A DNA stretch of 64,000 nt from a virus, in IMG/VR virus record IMGVR_UViG_3300027852_000003, positions 1 to 64,000 of that record. One strand, written 5' to 3'. The translations under genes were made by a program, and so were the position numbers. The notes beneath the pieces were generated by a model. It made no database searches, was not told the origin of the DNA, and saw nothing but the letters and a program-made list of their open reading frames with translations. How positions within the stretch are numbered: position 1 is the first letter of the stretch; every line of letters starts with the position of its first letter. This document shows positions 23,508 through 30,573 of this stretch, in pieces.

Positions 23508-23810
23508 TTATATTGCATTAGCTATACATTCTCTTTTTAGCCCCTCTTTTACATTCCAGTCAATAGGATAATTATTTTCCCTTTCGTACATGTGGATGTC
23601 TTTTTTCGTATATTTTTTAGGGAGCCAGCCAGCTTTTAACATTATTTCCAGGGCCGTTTGTCTGTAGTGATCCCCGTATCCATAAGTCTTGGGGTGAGTT
23701 ATGATTTCCCCACTTTTGGTTTTTGTAACTTTGACGCTGTGGTATGTGTTCCCGTTCACCTTATCGAACCATTTTATGGCATAACATGTAAATTTTATTT
23801 TTTGCTCCAT
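23508..23810 (-). CDS. Hypothetical conserved-looking phage protein (100 aa)
   Basis: ATG at 23810 follows AAGGAGAAAAAA. Contains the motif WFDKVNGNTYHSV...YGYGDHY. Confidence 0.65.
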   Translation of the reverse strand: MEQKIKFTCYAIKWFDKVNGNTYHSVKVTKTKSGEIITHPKTYGYGDHYRQTALEIMLKAGWLPKKYTKKDIHMYERENNYPIDWNVKEGLKRECIANAI

Positions 23811-23820
23811 TTTTTTCTCC

Positions 23821-23970
23821 TTAGTTAGTTTTAGACTGGAAAGTTTCTCCACAATCACGGCACTTAAGCCAGTAAATACTTTCTGCTTCTGCTGTTGCTA
23901 TTGGCCGCCATAACACTGTTTTTTCTTCCATCTGGCCGCCACAATTAGGGCAAGTTGAGCCTTTTACCAT
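23821..23970 (-). CDS. Small zinc-ribbon protein (49 aa)
   Basis: GAGGAGGGGGAGGAAG precedes the ATG at 23970. Contains CPNC...CRDC. Below the track's cutoff. Confidence 0.5.
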   Translation of the reverse strand: MVKGSTCPNCGGQMEEKTVLWRPIATAEAESIYWLKCRDCGETFQSKTN

Positions 23971-23988
23971 CTTCCTCCCCCTCCTCTT

Positions 23989-24549
23989 CTATGCTTCACG
24001 CATATTTTTGCGTAAATTTTTTAATTTTTCCAATCCGTGCAATGCTGTTCTTTTTTCGCACAAAAGACTTTTTCTACATCCGCCCAATATCCATCTATTC
24101 TTAGCACTCAATTTTTTCCCAGCCATTTGAGGCAGAGAACAAAAAGCAACCGGCGGCAGACAACCTAAAAGCATATAAGCTTCGCAAATTTCCCAGCTCA
24201 AATTCATACCCCCACCGGTAAGAGCCAAGCCGTATTTCTCGGCTTCTAAAAAATAAACAAGACAAAGAGGCAAATCTTTTATTTTTTTCGCAGCCTCTTC
24301 GGGGTCATCAGTTTCAAAAGGATAGTAATAGTTCATCATCGGGCCTTCGCAATTTACATATCCTTCGCACTCTGTATTTTCAATATGGCGATGTTGTTCT
24401 TCTCCCCCCTGTGACATCACTGCTTTCCCGCACTCTGAACATATCCCAGCTTCATAATACTCCCATGTTTCCCCATATCCTTCCGACCAATCAAAATCTT
24501 GGCTTTTCTCGTCGATAAATTGGCAATTAAGATCATTTAACTTTTTCAT
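23989..24549 (-). CDS. Hypothetical protein (186 aa)
   Basis: ORF track entry with the motif LALTGGGMNLSWEICEAYMLLG. Confidence 0.75.
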   Translation of the reverse strand: MKKLNDLNCQFIDEKSQDFDWSEGYGETWEYYEAGICSECGKAVMSQGGEEQHRHIENTECEGYVNCEGPMMNYYYPFETDDPEEAAKKIKDLPLCLVYFLEAEKYGLALTGGGMNLSWEICEAYMLLGCLPPVAFCSLPQMAGKKLSAKNRWILGGCRKSLLCEKRTALHGLEKLKNLRKNMREA

Positions 24550-24585
24550 TTTCTTTTCTCCTTAGTTAAAATTGTGTTTTTTAAT

Positions 24586-24765
24586 TTATACTCCCCAAGC
24601 TTGATCTTCTGCTTCAAAAAGTTCTTGCTCGCAGTCAGGACAAACAAGAACTTCCCCTTCTTCTATTACCACTCCTTCCCCACAATGCGGGCACGTGTCA
24701 GGAATTTTTATCGTGCCTTTGATGATTTCTTGCCATGCTTTTAATAAATTGATTTTTTGCTCCAT
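24586..24765 (-). CDS. Small zinc-ribbon protein (59 aa)
   Basis: AAGGAGGAGAAAATT precedes the ATG at 24765. Contains CPHCG...CPDC. Below the track's cutoff. Confidence 0.55.
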   Translation of the reverse strand: MEQKINLLKAWQEIIKGTIKIPDTCPHCGEGVVIEEGEVLVCPDCEQELFEAEDQAWGV

Positions 24766-24788
24766 AATTTTCTCCTCCTTTAATTTTT

Positions 24789-24809
24789 AGCCGGGCACCA
24801 TGCCCGGCT
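24789..24809. terminator. Perfect 9-bp hairpin AGCCGGGCA-CCA-TGCCCGGCT (T run only on the plus side)
   Basis: Seen directly. A degenerate copy lies at 25029..25049. Confidence 0.4.
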
Positions 24810-24810
24810 T

Positions 24811-25008
24811 TTATTCAATAATATGCCCTACTCTCCGGTAGGGCATGCATCTTTCGAGGATTGCTTCATCTTCCAGAGCATCAATTTTATTCAGGGGAAA
24901 CGCTCTTTCAACATCCTCCTTTAAAAAATATTTATACCCCCTAAATTGCCCTGGGCAAACAGAGGCAACTTTTATTCTTATGTTCTTCTTTTTTTTTGTA
25001 ATTTCCAT
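24811..25008 (-). CDS. Hypothetical protein (65 aa), first clear gene of the leftward operon
   Basis: ORF track entry with AAGGAGGGAAAAA upstream of the ATG. Confidence 0.55.
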   Translation of the reverse strand: MEITKKKKNIRIKVASVCPGQFRGYKYFLKEDVERAFPLNKIDALEDEAILERCMPYRRVGHIIE

Positions 25009-25172
25009 TTTTTCCCTCCTTGTTGTTTAGCCGGACGTCATGCCCGACTTTCACCTGATAATATATGCTAATTTTGTGCCAAACTGCCATTTTTACCATA
25101 AAATGTATTATATTATTTTGTGCATCTACATATGGTATAGTTTTTTTTATCACCTAATATTTTTTTGACCAA

Positions 25173-25357
25173 AGTGGGACACTATTGTTGCCAAAATGTC
25201 CCACTGTCTATATGTGGACACAAAAATGTCCCACTTTTTAAAATTCTGAAATATTATGTAAACCAAGGCTTGAAGGTGTGCTATTTCGGGGGCGTTACAA
25301 GAAAGGTTATTTTTGAGTAAATGGGACACTTTTGTTACCCGTGTCTATATGTGGGAT
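25173..25357. promoter_or_regulatory. Operator cluster: six GTGGGACA/TGTCCCAC half-sites plus two GTCTATATGTGG boxes
   Basis: AGTGGGACA at 25173-25181 faces TGTCCCACT at 25197-25205. TGTCCCACT recurs at 25227-25235 and ATGGGACAC lies at 25321-25329. GTCTATATGTGGACA is at 25206-25220 and GTGTCTATATGTGGGAT at 25341-25357. Confidence 0.55.
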
Positions 25358-25384
25358 CTTGTTTTGCAGCGGCAATAAAATTGC

Positions 25385-25412
25385 TTGACATTGACATAAT
25401 TAATACTATATT
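25385..25412 (+). promoter_or_regulatory. Sigma70-like rightward promoter
   Basis: TTGACA (25385-25390), a 16-nt spacer, then TATATT (25407-25412), about 50 nt upstream of the first plus-strand gene. Confidence 0.55.
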
Positions 25413-25465
25413 ATATACAGTAGTCAAGACACTTGTCAAACTATTTTTTATTAAAAAGGGTGAAA

Positions 25466-25648
25466 ATGATACTAAAAAAATACATTAGTTTCCAGGGAGC
25501 TGCGGGGCTGATCGGCTGCGGAAGGACACATATCTATTATATTGCAGCGATGGCTAAGTTGCAAGTTTTTGAGGTGCCGCCGTTTAAGTTTTTGTTGCGC
25601 TCTGAAGTTAAAAAACTGTCCAAAAGGAGGAGAAAAGCTAATGGATAA
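25466..25648 (+). CDS. Excisionase/MerR-type HTH DNA-binding protein (60 aa)
   Basis: ATG at 25466. ISFQGAAGLIGCGRTHIYYIAAMAKLQVFEV resembles HTH_17-type domains. Confidence 0.6.
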   Translation: MILKKYISFQGAAGLIGCGRTHIYYIAAMAKLQVFEVPPFKFLLRSEVKKLSKRRRKANG

Positions 25649-25934
25649 AGAATTATTGTGTGGATATTGTGGGATAAGGCCGCTAAATAACCGCAAGGAC
25701 GCTAAAACCTGCGGGAACCCAGAATGTTTAAGGCAAAATGATAATTACATTAAAAGGAAAAAGCGGCAAATAAGAAAAGGCAGGCACAAAAAAGATAAAC
25801 TTGGGTTTGCAGAAAAAGAAGAAAGGTTGTGTCTGAAGTGCGATCAAAGCTTTGTCTCTGAGGGTAACCGGATATGTCCGAAGTGCACCGAAAGCAATCG
25901 GGCAATTTCGGCGGATATGGTTTATATCGGATAG
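25641..25934 (+). CDS. Basic zinc-finger protein (97 aa)
   Basis: AGGAGGAG precedes the ATG at 25641. Contains CGYCG..CGNPEC and CLKC..CPKC pairs. Confidence 0.65.
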   Translation: MDKELLCGYCGIRPLNNRKDAKTCGNPECLRQNDNYIKRKKRQIRKGRHKKDKLGFAEKEERLCLKCDQSFVSEGNRICPKCTESNRAISADMVYIG

Positions 25935-25943
25935 GTAGCAGAA

Positions 25944-26140
25944 CAGGTAACTAAATTGGCACAAAAAACTAAGTTAAAACAAATAGTTACAAAAAGGAAA
26001 AACAAAAAACAGGTAGCAGAATAGGTAACAGGCAGGTAACTAAATTGGCACAAAAAACTAAGTTAAAACAAATAGTTACAAAAAGGAAAAACAAAAAACA
26101 GGTAGCAGAATAGGTAACAGGCAGGTAACTAAATTGGCAC
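25944..26140. repeat. Tandem direct repeat, 89-bp unit x 2.2
   Basis: Units start at 25944, 26033 and 26122. The first two are identical by eye and the third matches for 19 nt. Confidence 0.95.
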
Positions 26141-26206
26141 TGCAACTTTTTAAAATCATTGTATTTTTTAAAACCGGAAAAGTGGAAATAGGTAACAGGA
26201 ATGTAT

Positions 26207-26246
26207 GAGGAAAAAGAAAGAGAAAGCAGAAAGAAAAAGAAAGAGA
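26207..26246 (+). repeat. Polypurine tract 1 (40 nt with one C)
   Basis: GAGGAAAAAGAAAGAGAAAGcAGAAAGAAAAAGAAAGAGA. Confidence 0.9.
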
Positions 26247-26344
26247 TTCCTATGCTAAACAGGTAGAATTAGCATTAAGTGCCAGAAGTTGTTACAAGTT
26301 TTCCCATTTTAAGGCACAATAAAGCAGCAAAAAAGCGGGTTTTT

Positions 26345-26547
26345 AACTACTTGCTTTCATTGAACTATTTAAAACCAAAAAAACTGCATAGGTAACAGAA
26401 ATGGTTATTCAACTATTTGTTTTCATTCAACTATTTAAATTCAAAAAAATGGAAATAGGTAACAGGCAGGTAACAGAAATGGATATCTAACTACTTGCTT
26501 TTGTTGAACTATTTAAAACCGTATTTTCGGAAATAGGTAGAAAATAA
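26345..26547. repeat. Three degenerate ~60-78-bp repeats (AACTAYTTG...GAACTATTTAAA...ATAGGTAACAG)
   Basis: Units start near 26345, 26404 and 26482. Each ends in an ATAGGTA(A/G) iteron. Confidence 0.8.
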
Positions 26548-26557
26548 GATAAGAAAT

Positions 26558-26593
26558 AAAAGAAAAAGAAAGAAGAAAGAGAAAAGAAAAAAG
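26558..26593 (+). repeat. Polypurine tract 2 (36 nt pure A/G)
   Basis: AAAAGAAAAAGAAAGAAGAAAGAGAAAAGAAAAAAG. Confidence 0.9.
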
Positions 26594-26723
26594 CGTAAAG
26601 TATAAAGAGACTTTAATAAAGAGTAAAAAAAGGGAGTACTCAGTGTAGAGGAAAAAACACTCAGTACTGAAGGAAAAGCTTTTATCGTTTTCATTGTAAA
26701 TAAAAAAAAGGGAGGGGGTAATT

Positions 26724-26984
26724 ATGGGATATTTATCGAGAGAGATGGCAGGAGGGGCATTATATGAGTGGGTTGGTATCTTTTTTGTTTTTACCTTGGT
26801 TGCAGGTATAATCTTGGCCGGGGTGATGTTTTGGGCAGGGGAGAAAAAAAAGGTAAGGGAGTATAACAACAACAGAATAAGCAGGTACAACAAGATAATG
26901 GATGATTCCAGGGCAGAGACGGCAAGCATTACAGTTCCTGCCAATATTGATCTCAAGTTTCTTCATCTTGACCCTAAGCAGTAA
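26724..26984 (+). CDS. Small membrane protein (86 aa, one TM helix)
   Basis: GGGAGGGGGTAATT lies upstream of the ATG. Hydrophobic segment: WVGIFFVFTLVAGIILAGVMFW. Confidence 0.65.
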   Translation: MGYLSREMAGGALYEWVGIFFVFTLVAGIILAGVMFWAGEKKKVREYNNNRISRYNKIMDDSRAETASITVPANIDLKFLHLDPKQ

Positions 26985-27305
26985 CAGGAAAGGGAAAGGA
27001 TTGAGTAGAGGGTATAGAGGAGGGAAAAAGAGAAAAGTAATCCTTCTTCTTGATAATAATCTTCTCTTGATTATAAGAATACCCCGATTTAAGCCATTAT
27101 TTTTAGCTTACCTATATGAAGGTATGGGTTCGAGGGAGATCGTCGATTCTTGCCCTATCCTCGTTCGCTTATGATAGCTTTACGGGTAGAAAATAACCCC
27201 CCTTTTTCACTTGGAGAAAGGCAGAAACCGGAAAAAGGCGAGATTTGTGAGGACAAAAAAAGGTGGATTGCGAAAAGTTTAAAGATATCAGGGGGTTGTG
27301 GATAG

Positions 27306-27364
27306 GTGTCTAATTTTCGACATATGTAGTGTCTAATTTTCGACATATGTTGCAAAAATGCAAC
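27306..27364. promoter_or_regulatory. 23-bp tandem duplication plus palindrome upstream of the late gene run
   Basis: GTGTCTAATTTTCGACATATGT(A/T) occurs at 27306-27328 and 27329-27351. It overlaps GTTGCAAAAATGCAAC at 27349-27364. Confidence 0.5.
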
Positions 27365-27403
27365 ACAAGGAAAAAACTGTTGATAATAAAGGAGGTAAGT
27401 AAA

Positions 27404-27637
27404 ATGCTACTACCGATTTGTGACGTTTGTAACAAACCTGTAGATCGGATCGAAAGCCACGAAGACGCCGAGACCAGGGAAATTCGGTATAAGGTTTATT
27501 GCCATGGCGAGGTGGAAGAAGTCATAATAACTTGGCGGACAAAAACTGAGGAACTTGCCATTATTCTAGGAGGCCGGGCGTTTAAGACAGACAATAAGCA
27601 GCTTGGACAGGTTAGAAAGGAGGTAAGCAAACCATGA
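27404..27637 (+). CDS. Hypothetical zinc-binding protein (77 aa)
   Basis: AAAGGAGGTAAGTAAA precedes the ATG at 27404. Contains CDVCNK...CHG. Confidence 0.65.
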   Translation: MLLPICDVCNKPVDRIESHEDAETREIRYKVYCHGEVEEVIITWRTKTEELAIILGGRAFKTDNKQLGQVRKEVSKP

Positions 27638-27864
27638 AAATATTACTCGATTTTAACGGCTGGACAAAAGAGGGAGACTTTATTGTGCTTTCTGATTCTA
27701 TACCTGATTATGTTAGTGTGGCATTACTCCCGCCCCTTTCGTTATTTGCAAGAGGAGGCAAGCAAGAGGTAGCAGAAGACGGCTTGACTATGTTTGCGTT
27801 CCGGCATCATGGGGAGTATTCAGGAGATTTGCCTATTTTTCGATATGATGGCACAGAAACTTAA
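27634..27864 (+). CDS. Hypothetical protein (76 aa)
   Basis: ORF track entry with an ATGA overlap. Confidence 0.65.
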   Translation: MKILLDFNGWTKEGDFIVLSDSIPDYVSVALLPPLSLFARGGKQEVAEDGLTMFAFRHHGEYSGDLPIFRYDGTET

Positions 27865-27941
27865 AGCATTACTTTAGCTTTTGGCTGTAACTACTCGGAA
27901 TCATTGAACTTTGTTTAACATGGAAGGAGGAGGACTGCAAT

Positions 27942-28229
27942 ATGACAATACCAGACGAGATAAAAGTAGGAGCGCACACGATCAAGATTGAGCAGGCCAA
28001 GTCAAAAGAGATTGACGGGGCGGGCGAATTTCGTCCTTATTATGATATAGTTCGGCTGAGGATTGATTCAGAATGCTCCGAGAGTTCAACTGCTGAGTGT
28101 TTTCTTCATGAGATTATTGAGGTGATAAAGAGTAAATATGGCTTAGAAATAGATCACACTCACTTAACGGTGTTGTCAGAGGTATTATTTCAGGTAATCA
28201 GAGATAATCGGTTGGCTTTTATGGTATGA
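27942..28229 (+). CDS. Hypothetical protein (95 aa)
   Basis: ORF track entry with GGAAGGAGGAGGAC upstream. Confidence 0.7.
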   Translation: MTIPDEIKVGAHTIKIEQAKSKEIDGAGEFRPYYDIVRLRIDSECSESSTAECFLHEIIEVIKSKYGLEIDHTHLTVLSEVLFQVIRDNRLAFMV

Positions 28230-28255
28230 TGACTGCAAATTAAGGGGGCAAACTA

Positions 28256-28534
28256 ATGATAACTATAATTGTAATTTTGGCGGTGGCAACAAACCTGCTC
28301 TTTATTGCAACAAGGCGTGGCCTTCGAGTGCGCTCTGAGCGTCGGCGGGTGCTTAAGGTAATCTCTGTTTTGGTGCAAGAGGACTACAGGCTTGGCTTAG
28401 ATTATCTTTGGCGAGAGAGAGAGTTTGATGCAGTATCGAGTAATAGAATGCTTTGCGAGTTCTGGAGGCCGGTTAAGTCATACTTTAGGGGGGCACGGTG
28501 CTGTCGCAGTGCGGATGATAGGGGGATTGAATGA
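28256..28534 (+). CDS. N-terminally anchored membrane protein, paralog of 21741..22022
   Basis: GLDYLWREREFDAVSSNRMLCEFWRPVKSYF compares with GLDYRWRYDDFNTISYNKMMLEFWKPVESFF. Confidence 0.7.
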   Translation: MITIIVILAVATNLLFIATRRGLRVRSERRRVLKVISVLVQEDYRLGLDYLWREREFDAVSSNRMLCEFWRPVKSYFRGARCCRSADDRGIE

Positions 28535-28809
28535 AACCAGACACTTGCACGTCTATAAACTGCAATAATTACGGATGTGATTACTGCCAGGAGTGCTCAC
28601 ACGCTTCTTTTTTTGGTAATGGGGTTGATGAGCGGGGGAAAAAATGGAGGTGGGTGTTTAAGCCTATAATCGGCCCCTTCTTTCTGCGGAAGGATGGAGA
28701 AGAAATGAAGAGGCAGCCGGTAGAAGGAGGACACGCATGGAAAACATTTAAAACGTGGCATAAAAAGCGGTATGGTAAAGACTGGCAGGATAAGTTGTTG
28801 AAGTACTGA
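28531..28809 (+). CDS. Hypothetical Cys-rich protein (92 aa)
   Basis: ORF track entry with an ATGA overlap. Confidence 0.65.
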   Translation: MKPDTCTSINCNNYGCDYCQECSHASFFGNGVDERGKKWRWVFKPIIGPFFLRKDGEEMKRQPVEGGHAWKTFKTWHKKRYGKDWQDKLLKY

Positions 28810-28986
28810 GGGAATGGGGGGGGGCTAGGTACCCATGGATTTGTCTGGATATAATGATATACCCTCTTCCAAATCCCCCCGTCAAATCCCAGAACCAATT
28901 TTCTAAGTACCTGTTTTCATTGCACTTTATTTCTAAAATTACGGGGCATCAAATTTTTTCAACTAAAAATATTTTAAGGAGGGATT

Positions 28987-29187
28987 ATGCGGGCAATAGT
29001 GCTTTTTTGCGGAAACATATTTTTTGGGTTTGTGGCAATAATATGCAGTCAAATCTTGTTCCGTCATGAATACCAAACTGGGACTGAGTTCATGGGTTTG
29101 CTTTACCATATTTTCGTTTTTGGGATACTGTTTGGTATTGCAATTGATGAAACAATCGAGAATTTGGCAAAGGGGGCTTGGCGGTAA
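28987..29187 (+). CDS. Small two-helix membrane protein (66 aa)
   Basis: TAAGGAGGGATT lies upstream of the ATG. Two hydrophobic segments. Confidence 0.6.
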   Translation: MRAIVLFCGNIFFGFVAIICSQILFRHEYQTGTEFMGLLYHIFVFGILFGIAIDETIENLAKGAWR

Positions 29188-29231
29188 AGTTTCTATGCTT
29201 TTTCAAACTAAAAATTAAGGGGGGGCAATAA

Positions 29232-29504
29232 ATGAATGAACCAACTGAAAAACAAAAAAGGTTTTTGTCTCTTGAATCAATCCTTCTTGTTTTAAATTCT
29301 GCAAAAAGAACCGGGGCAGAAAAAGACATCCCAGAGGGAAGCAGAGTCGTCACAATATCAGATACGCTTTGCAAAGAAATGATAAATACAATCGAATCGT
29401 ATGTTGATGAGGGGTTTGAATATTTAACACATAACAAAAAAGGTACGGGACGCCTAATCCTTCAACCTAAAAAGGAAAAGCCATGGAAACGGAAGCATTC
29501 GTAA
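29232..29504 (+). CDS. Hypothetical protein (90 aa) upstream of and overlapping the Fic gene
   Basis: ORF track entry. Contains SYVDEG, an S-x3-E-G match of uncertain significance. Confidence 0.65.
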   Translation: MNEPTEKQKRFLSLESILLVLNSAKRTGAEKDIPEGSRVVTISDTLCKEMINTIESYVDEGFEYLTHNKKGTGRLILQPKKEKPWKRKHS

Positions 29505-29926
29505 GAGAAAGTAACAAGATCGAGGGGATTTTTAGAGATCCTACGGCAGCAGAGATTAAAGAACATGATCGTTTCGTTAATTTGCATACTGTAACCCTGA
29601 GCGATTTAAAGCAATTTGTAGCTATTTATCAACCGGGGGCTGTTCTCCGTGATAAGTTTGGGTTAAATGTTCGTGTCGGCAATCATATTCCCCCAGGAGG
29701 CAGCCCGAATATGCCTGTGTTTGTGACAGCTTTACTCGATACAGCAGAGCTGAAAACTCCGTTTAAGCTGCACAATGAGTATGAAACACTGCATCCATTT
29801 ACTGATGGAAACGGGCGAAGCGGAAGGGCTTTGTGGGCATGGCGGATGGTAAAAACAGTAGGTGATTACAGCCCGGAGTTTTTGCATTCATATTATTATC
29901 AATCTCTTGCGGCATGGAGAGAGTAA
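29483..29926 (+). CDS. fic: Fic-domain protein (AMPylase-type active site)
   Basis: HPFTDGNGRSGR matches HxFx(D/E)GNGRxxR. N-terminal ESNKIEGIF matches the (S/T)xxxE(G/N) inhibitory-helix motif. Confidence 0.85.
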   Translation: METEAFVRESNKIEGIFRDPTAAEIKEHDRFVNLHTVTLSDLKQFVAIYQPGAVLRDKFGLNVRVGNHIPPGGSPNMPVFVTALLDTAELKTPFKLHNEYETLHPFTDGNGRSGRALWAWRMVKTVGDYSPEFLHSYYYQSLAAWRE

Positions 29927-29927
29927 T

Positions 29928-30137
29928 ATGGCAATGCAAAAAAACAGGATGCTACGAAAAAGAAAACAATTTGGGCGGTGTAATGTACAGGGGCATGGGA
30001 GTAATTGCTTTTGTGAAATATGTGACGAGATACAAGGCACAGCGTTTACCCGTGCTCAGGAAAAACGTGAAGTTAAGAAAGAAATTAATGATCAGATAGT
30101 GGAAATGGACATACAACTATCAAGCCCACCCGACTAA
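29928..30137 (+). CDS. Hypothetical basic protein (69 aa)
   Basis: ATG at 29928 lies just after the Fic stop. Confidence 0.6.
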   Translation: MAMQKNRMLRKRKQFGRCNVQGHGSNCFCEICDEIQGTAFTRAQEKREVKKEINDQIVEMDIQLSSPPD

Positions 30138-30181
30138 AAGTGGGTGATTTAGTTATTATCCATTAAAAAAAGGAGGTTAAT

Positions 30182-30316
30182 ATGAAACCAAATAATTTTA
30201 TAAGTTTGGGAATTATCGCCGTAGTTCTTGATTTATTGATTTATGCTGGTTTAATAGGTGGAGGTATTTATTTTTTCTGCTGGTGTTTGAAACATTTTGG
30301 AATAATGGGTGGATAA
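30182..30316 (+). CDS. Small hydrophobic peptide (44 aa)
   Basis: AAAGGAGGTTAAT lies upstream of the ATG. Below the track's cutoff. Confidence 0.45.
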   Translation: MKPNNFISLGIIAVVLDLLIYAGLIGGGIYFFCWCLKHFGIMGG

Positions 30317-30352
30317 CCAATAAACTTAAAAAAGGAAAAGGAGAAGGAAATT

Positions 30353-30529
30353 ATGGAAAAAGCAATAATTCAACCTTTTGAGTACAAAGATTTAGTTACA
30401 GGAAACAAGATAGAGATATCCGTGTCCCCGTATTTTACAAAATTAGCGATTAATAAACGGGAATATTATTTTGAAAAGGAAACTGGCAAATTTGACGGTA
30501 CAGCTATGCCTATGAAAGATCCGGAATAG
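30353..30529 (+). CDS. Hypothetical protein (58 aa)
   Basis: AAAAGGAGAAGGAAATT lies upstream of the ATG. Below the track's cutoff. Confidence 0.5.
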   Translation: MEKAIIQPFEYKDLVTGNKIEISVSPYFTKLAINKREYYFEKETGKFDGTAMPMKDPE

Positions 30530-30573
30530 TTTTTGCTGTATTACTGCGCCATTTTCAAAAAAAGGAGGTTGTT

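Noticed and set aside
24941-25153. ORF 24941..25153 (70 aa) as the first leftward gene
   Set aside because: It has a GTG start without an SD. It overlaps 24811..25008 in another frame and reads through the degenerate hairpin and the SD of that gene.
25944-26547. Possible CRISPR array, because of regularly repeated units
   Set aside because: The 89-bp units are contiguous with no unique spacers. The other repeats are degenerate and of unequal length. No cas genes or leader-like organisation are present.
26513-26956. 147-aa minus-strand ORF across the polypurine tract, and the neighbouring 61-68-aa ORFs
   Set aside because: Its low-complexity Phe/Leu/Ser translation comes from the complement of the purine tract. 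It is antisense to an SD-led plus-strand gene and has no SD.
27100-27180. tRNA suggested by GGTTCGAGG
   Set aside because: No complementary T stem, D arm or acceptor pairing could be built around it.
29232-29504. The upstream ORF as a class I Fic antitoxin (SYVDEG = SxxxEG)
   Set aside because: This is not fully rejected but downgraded. The Fic protein itself carries a better-placed N-terminal SNKIEG inhibitory motif (class II arrangement). A six-residue pattern can match by chance.
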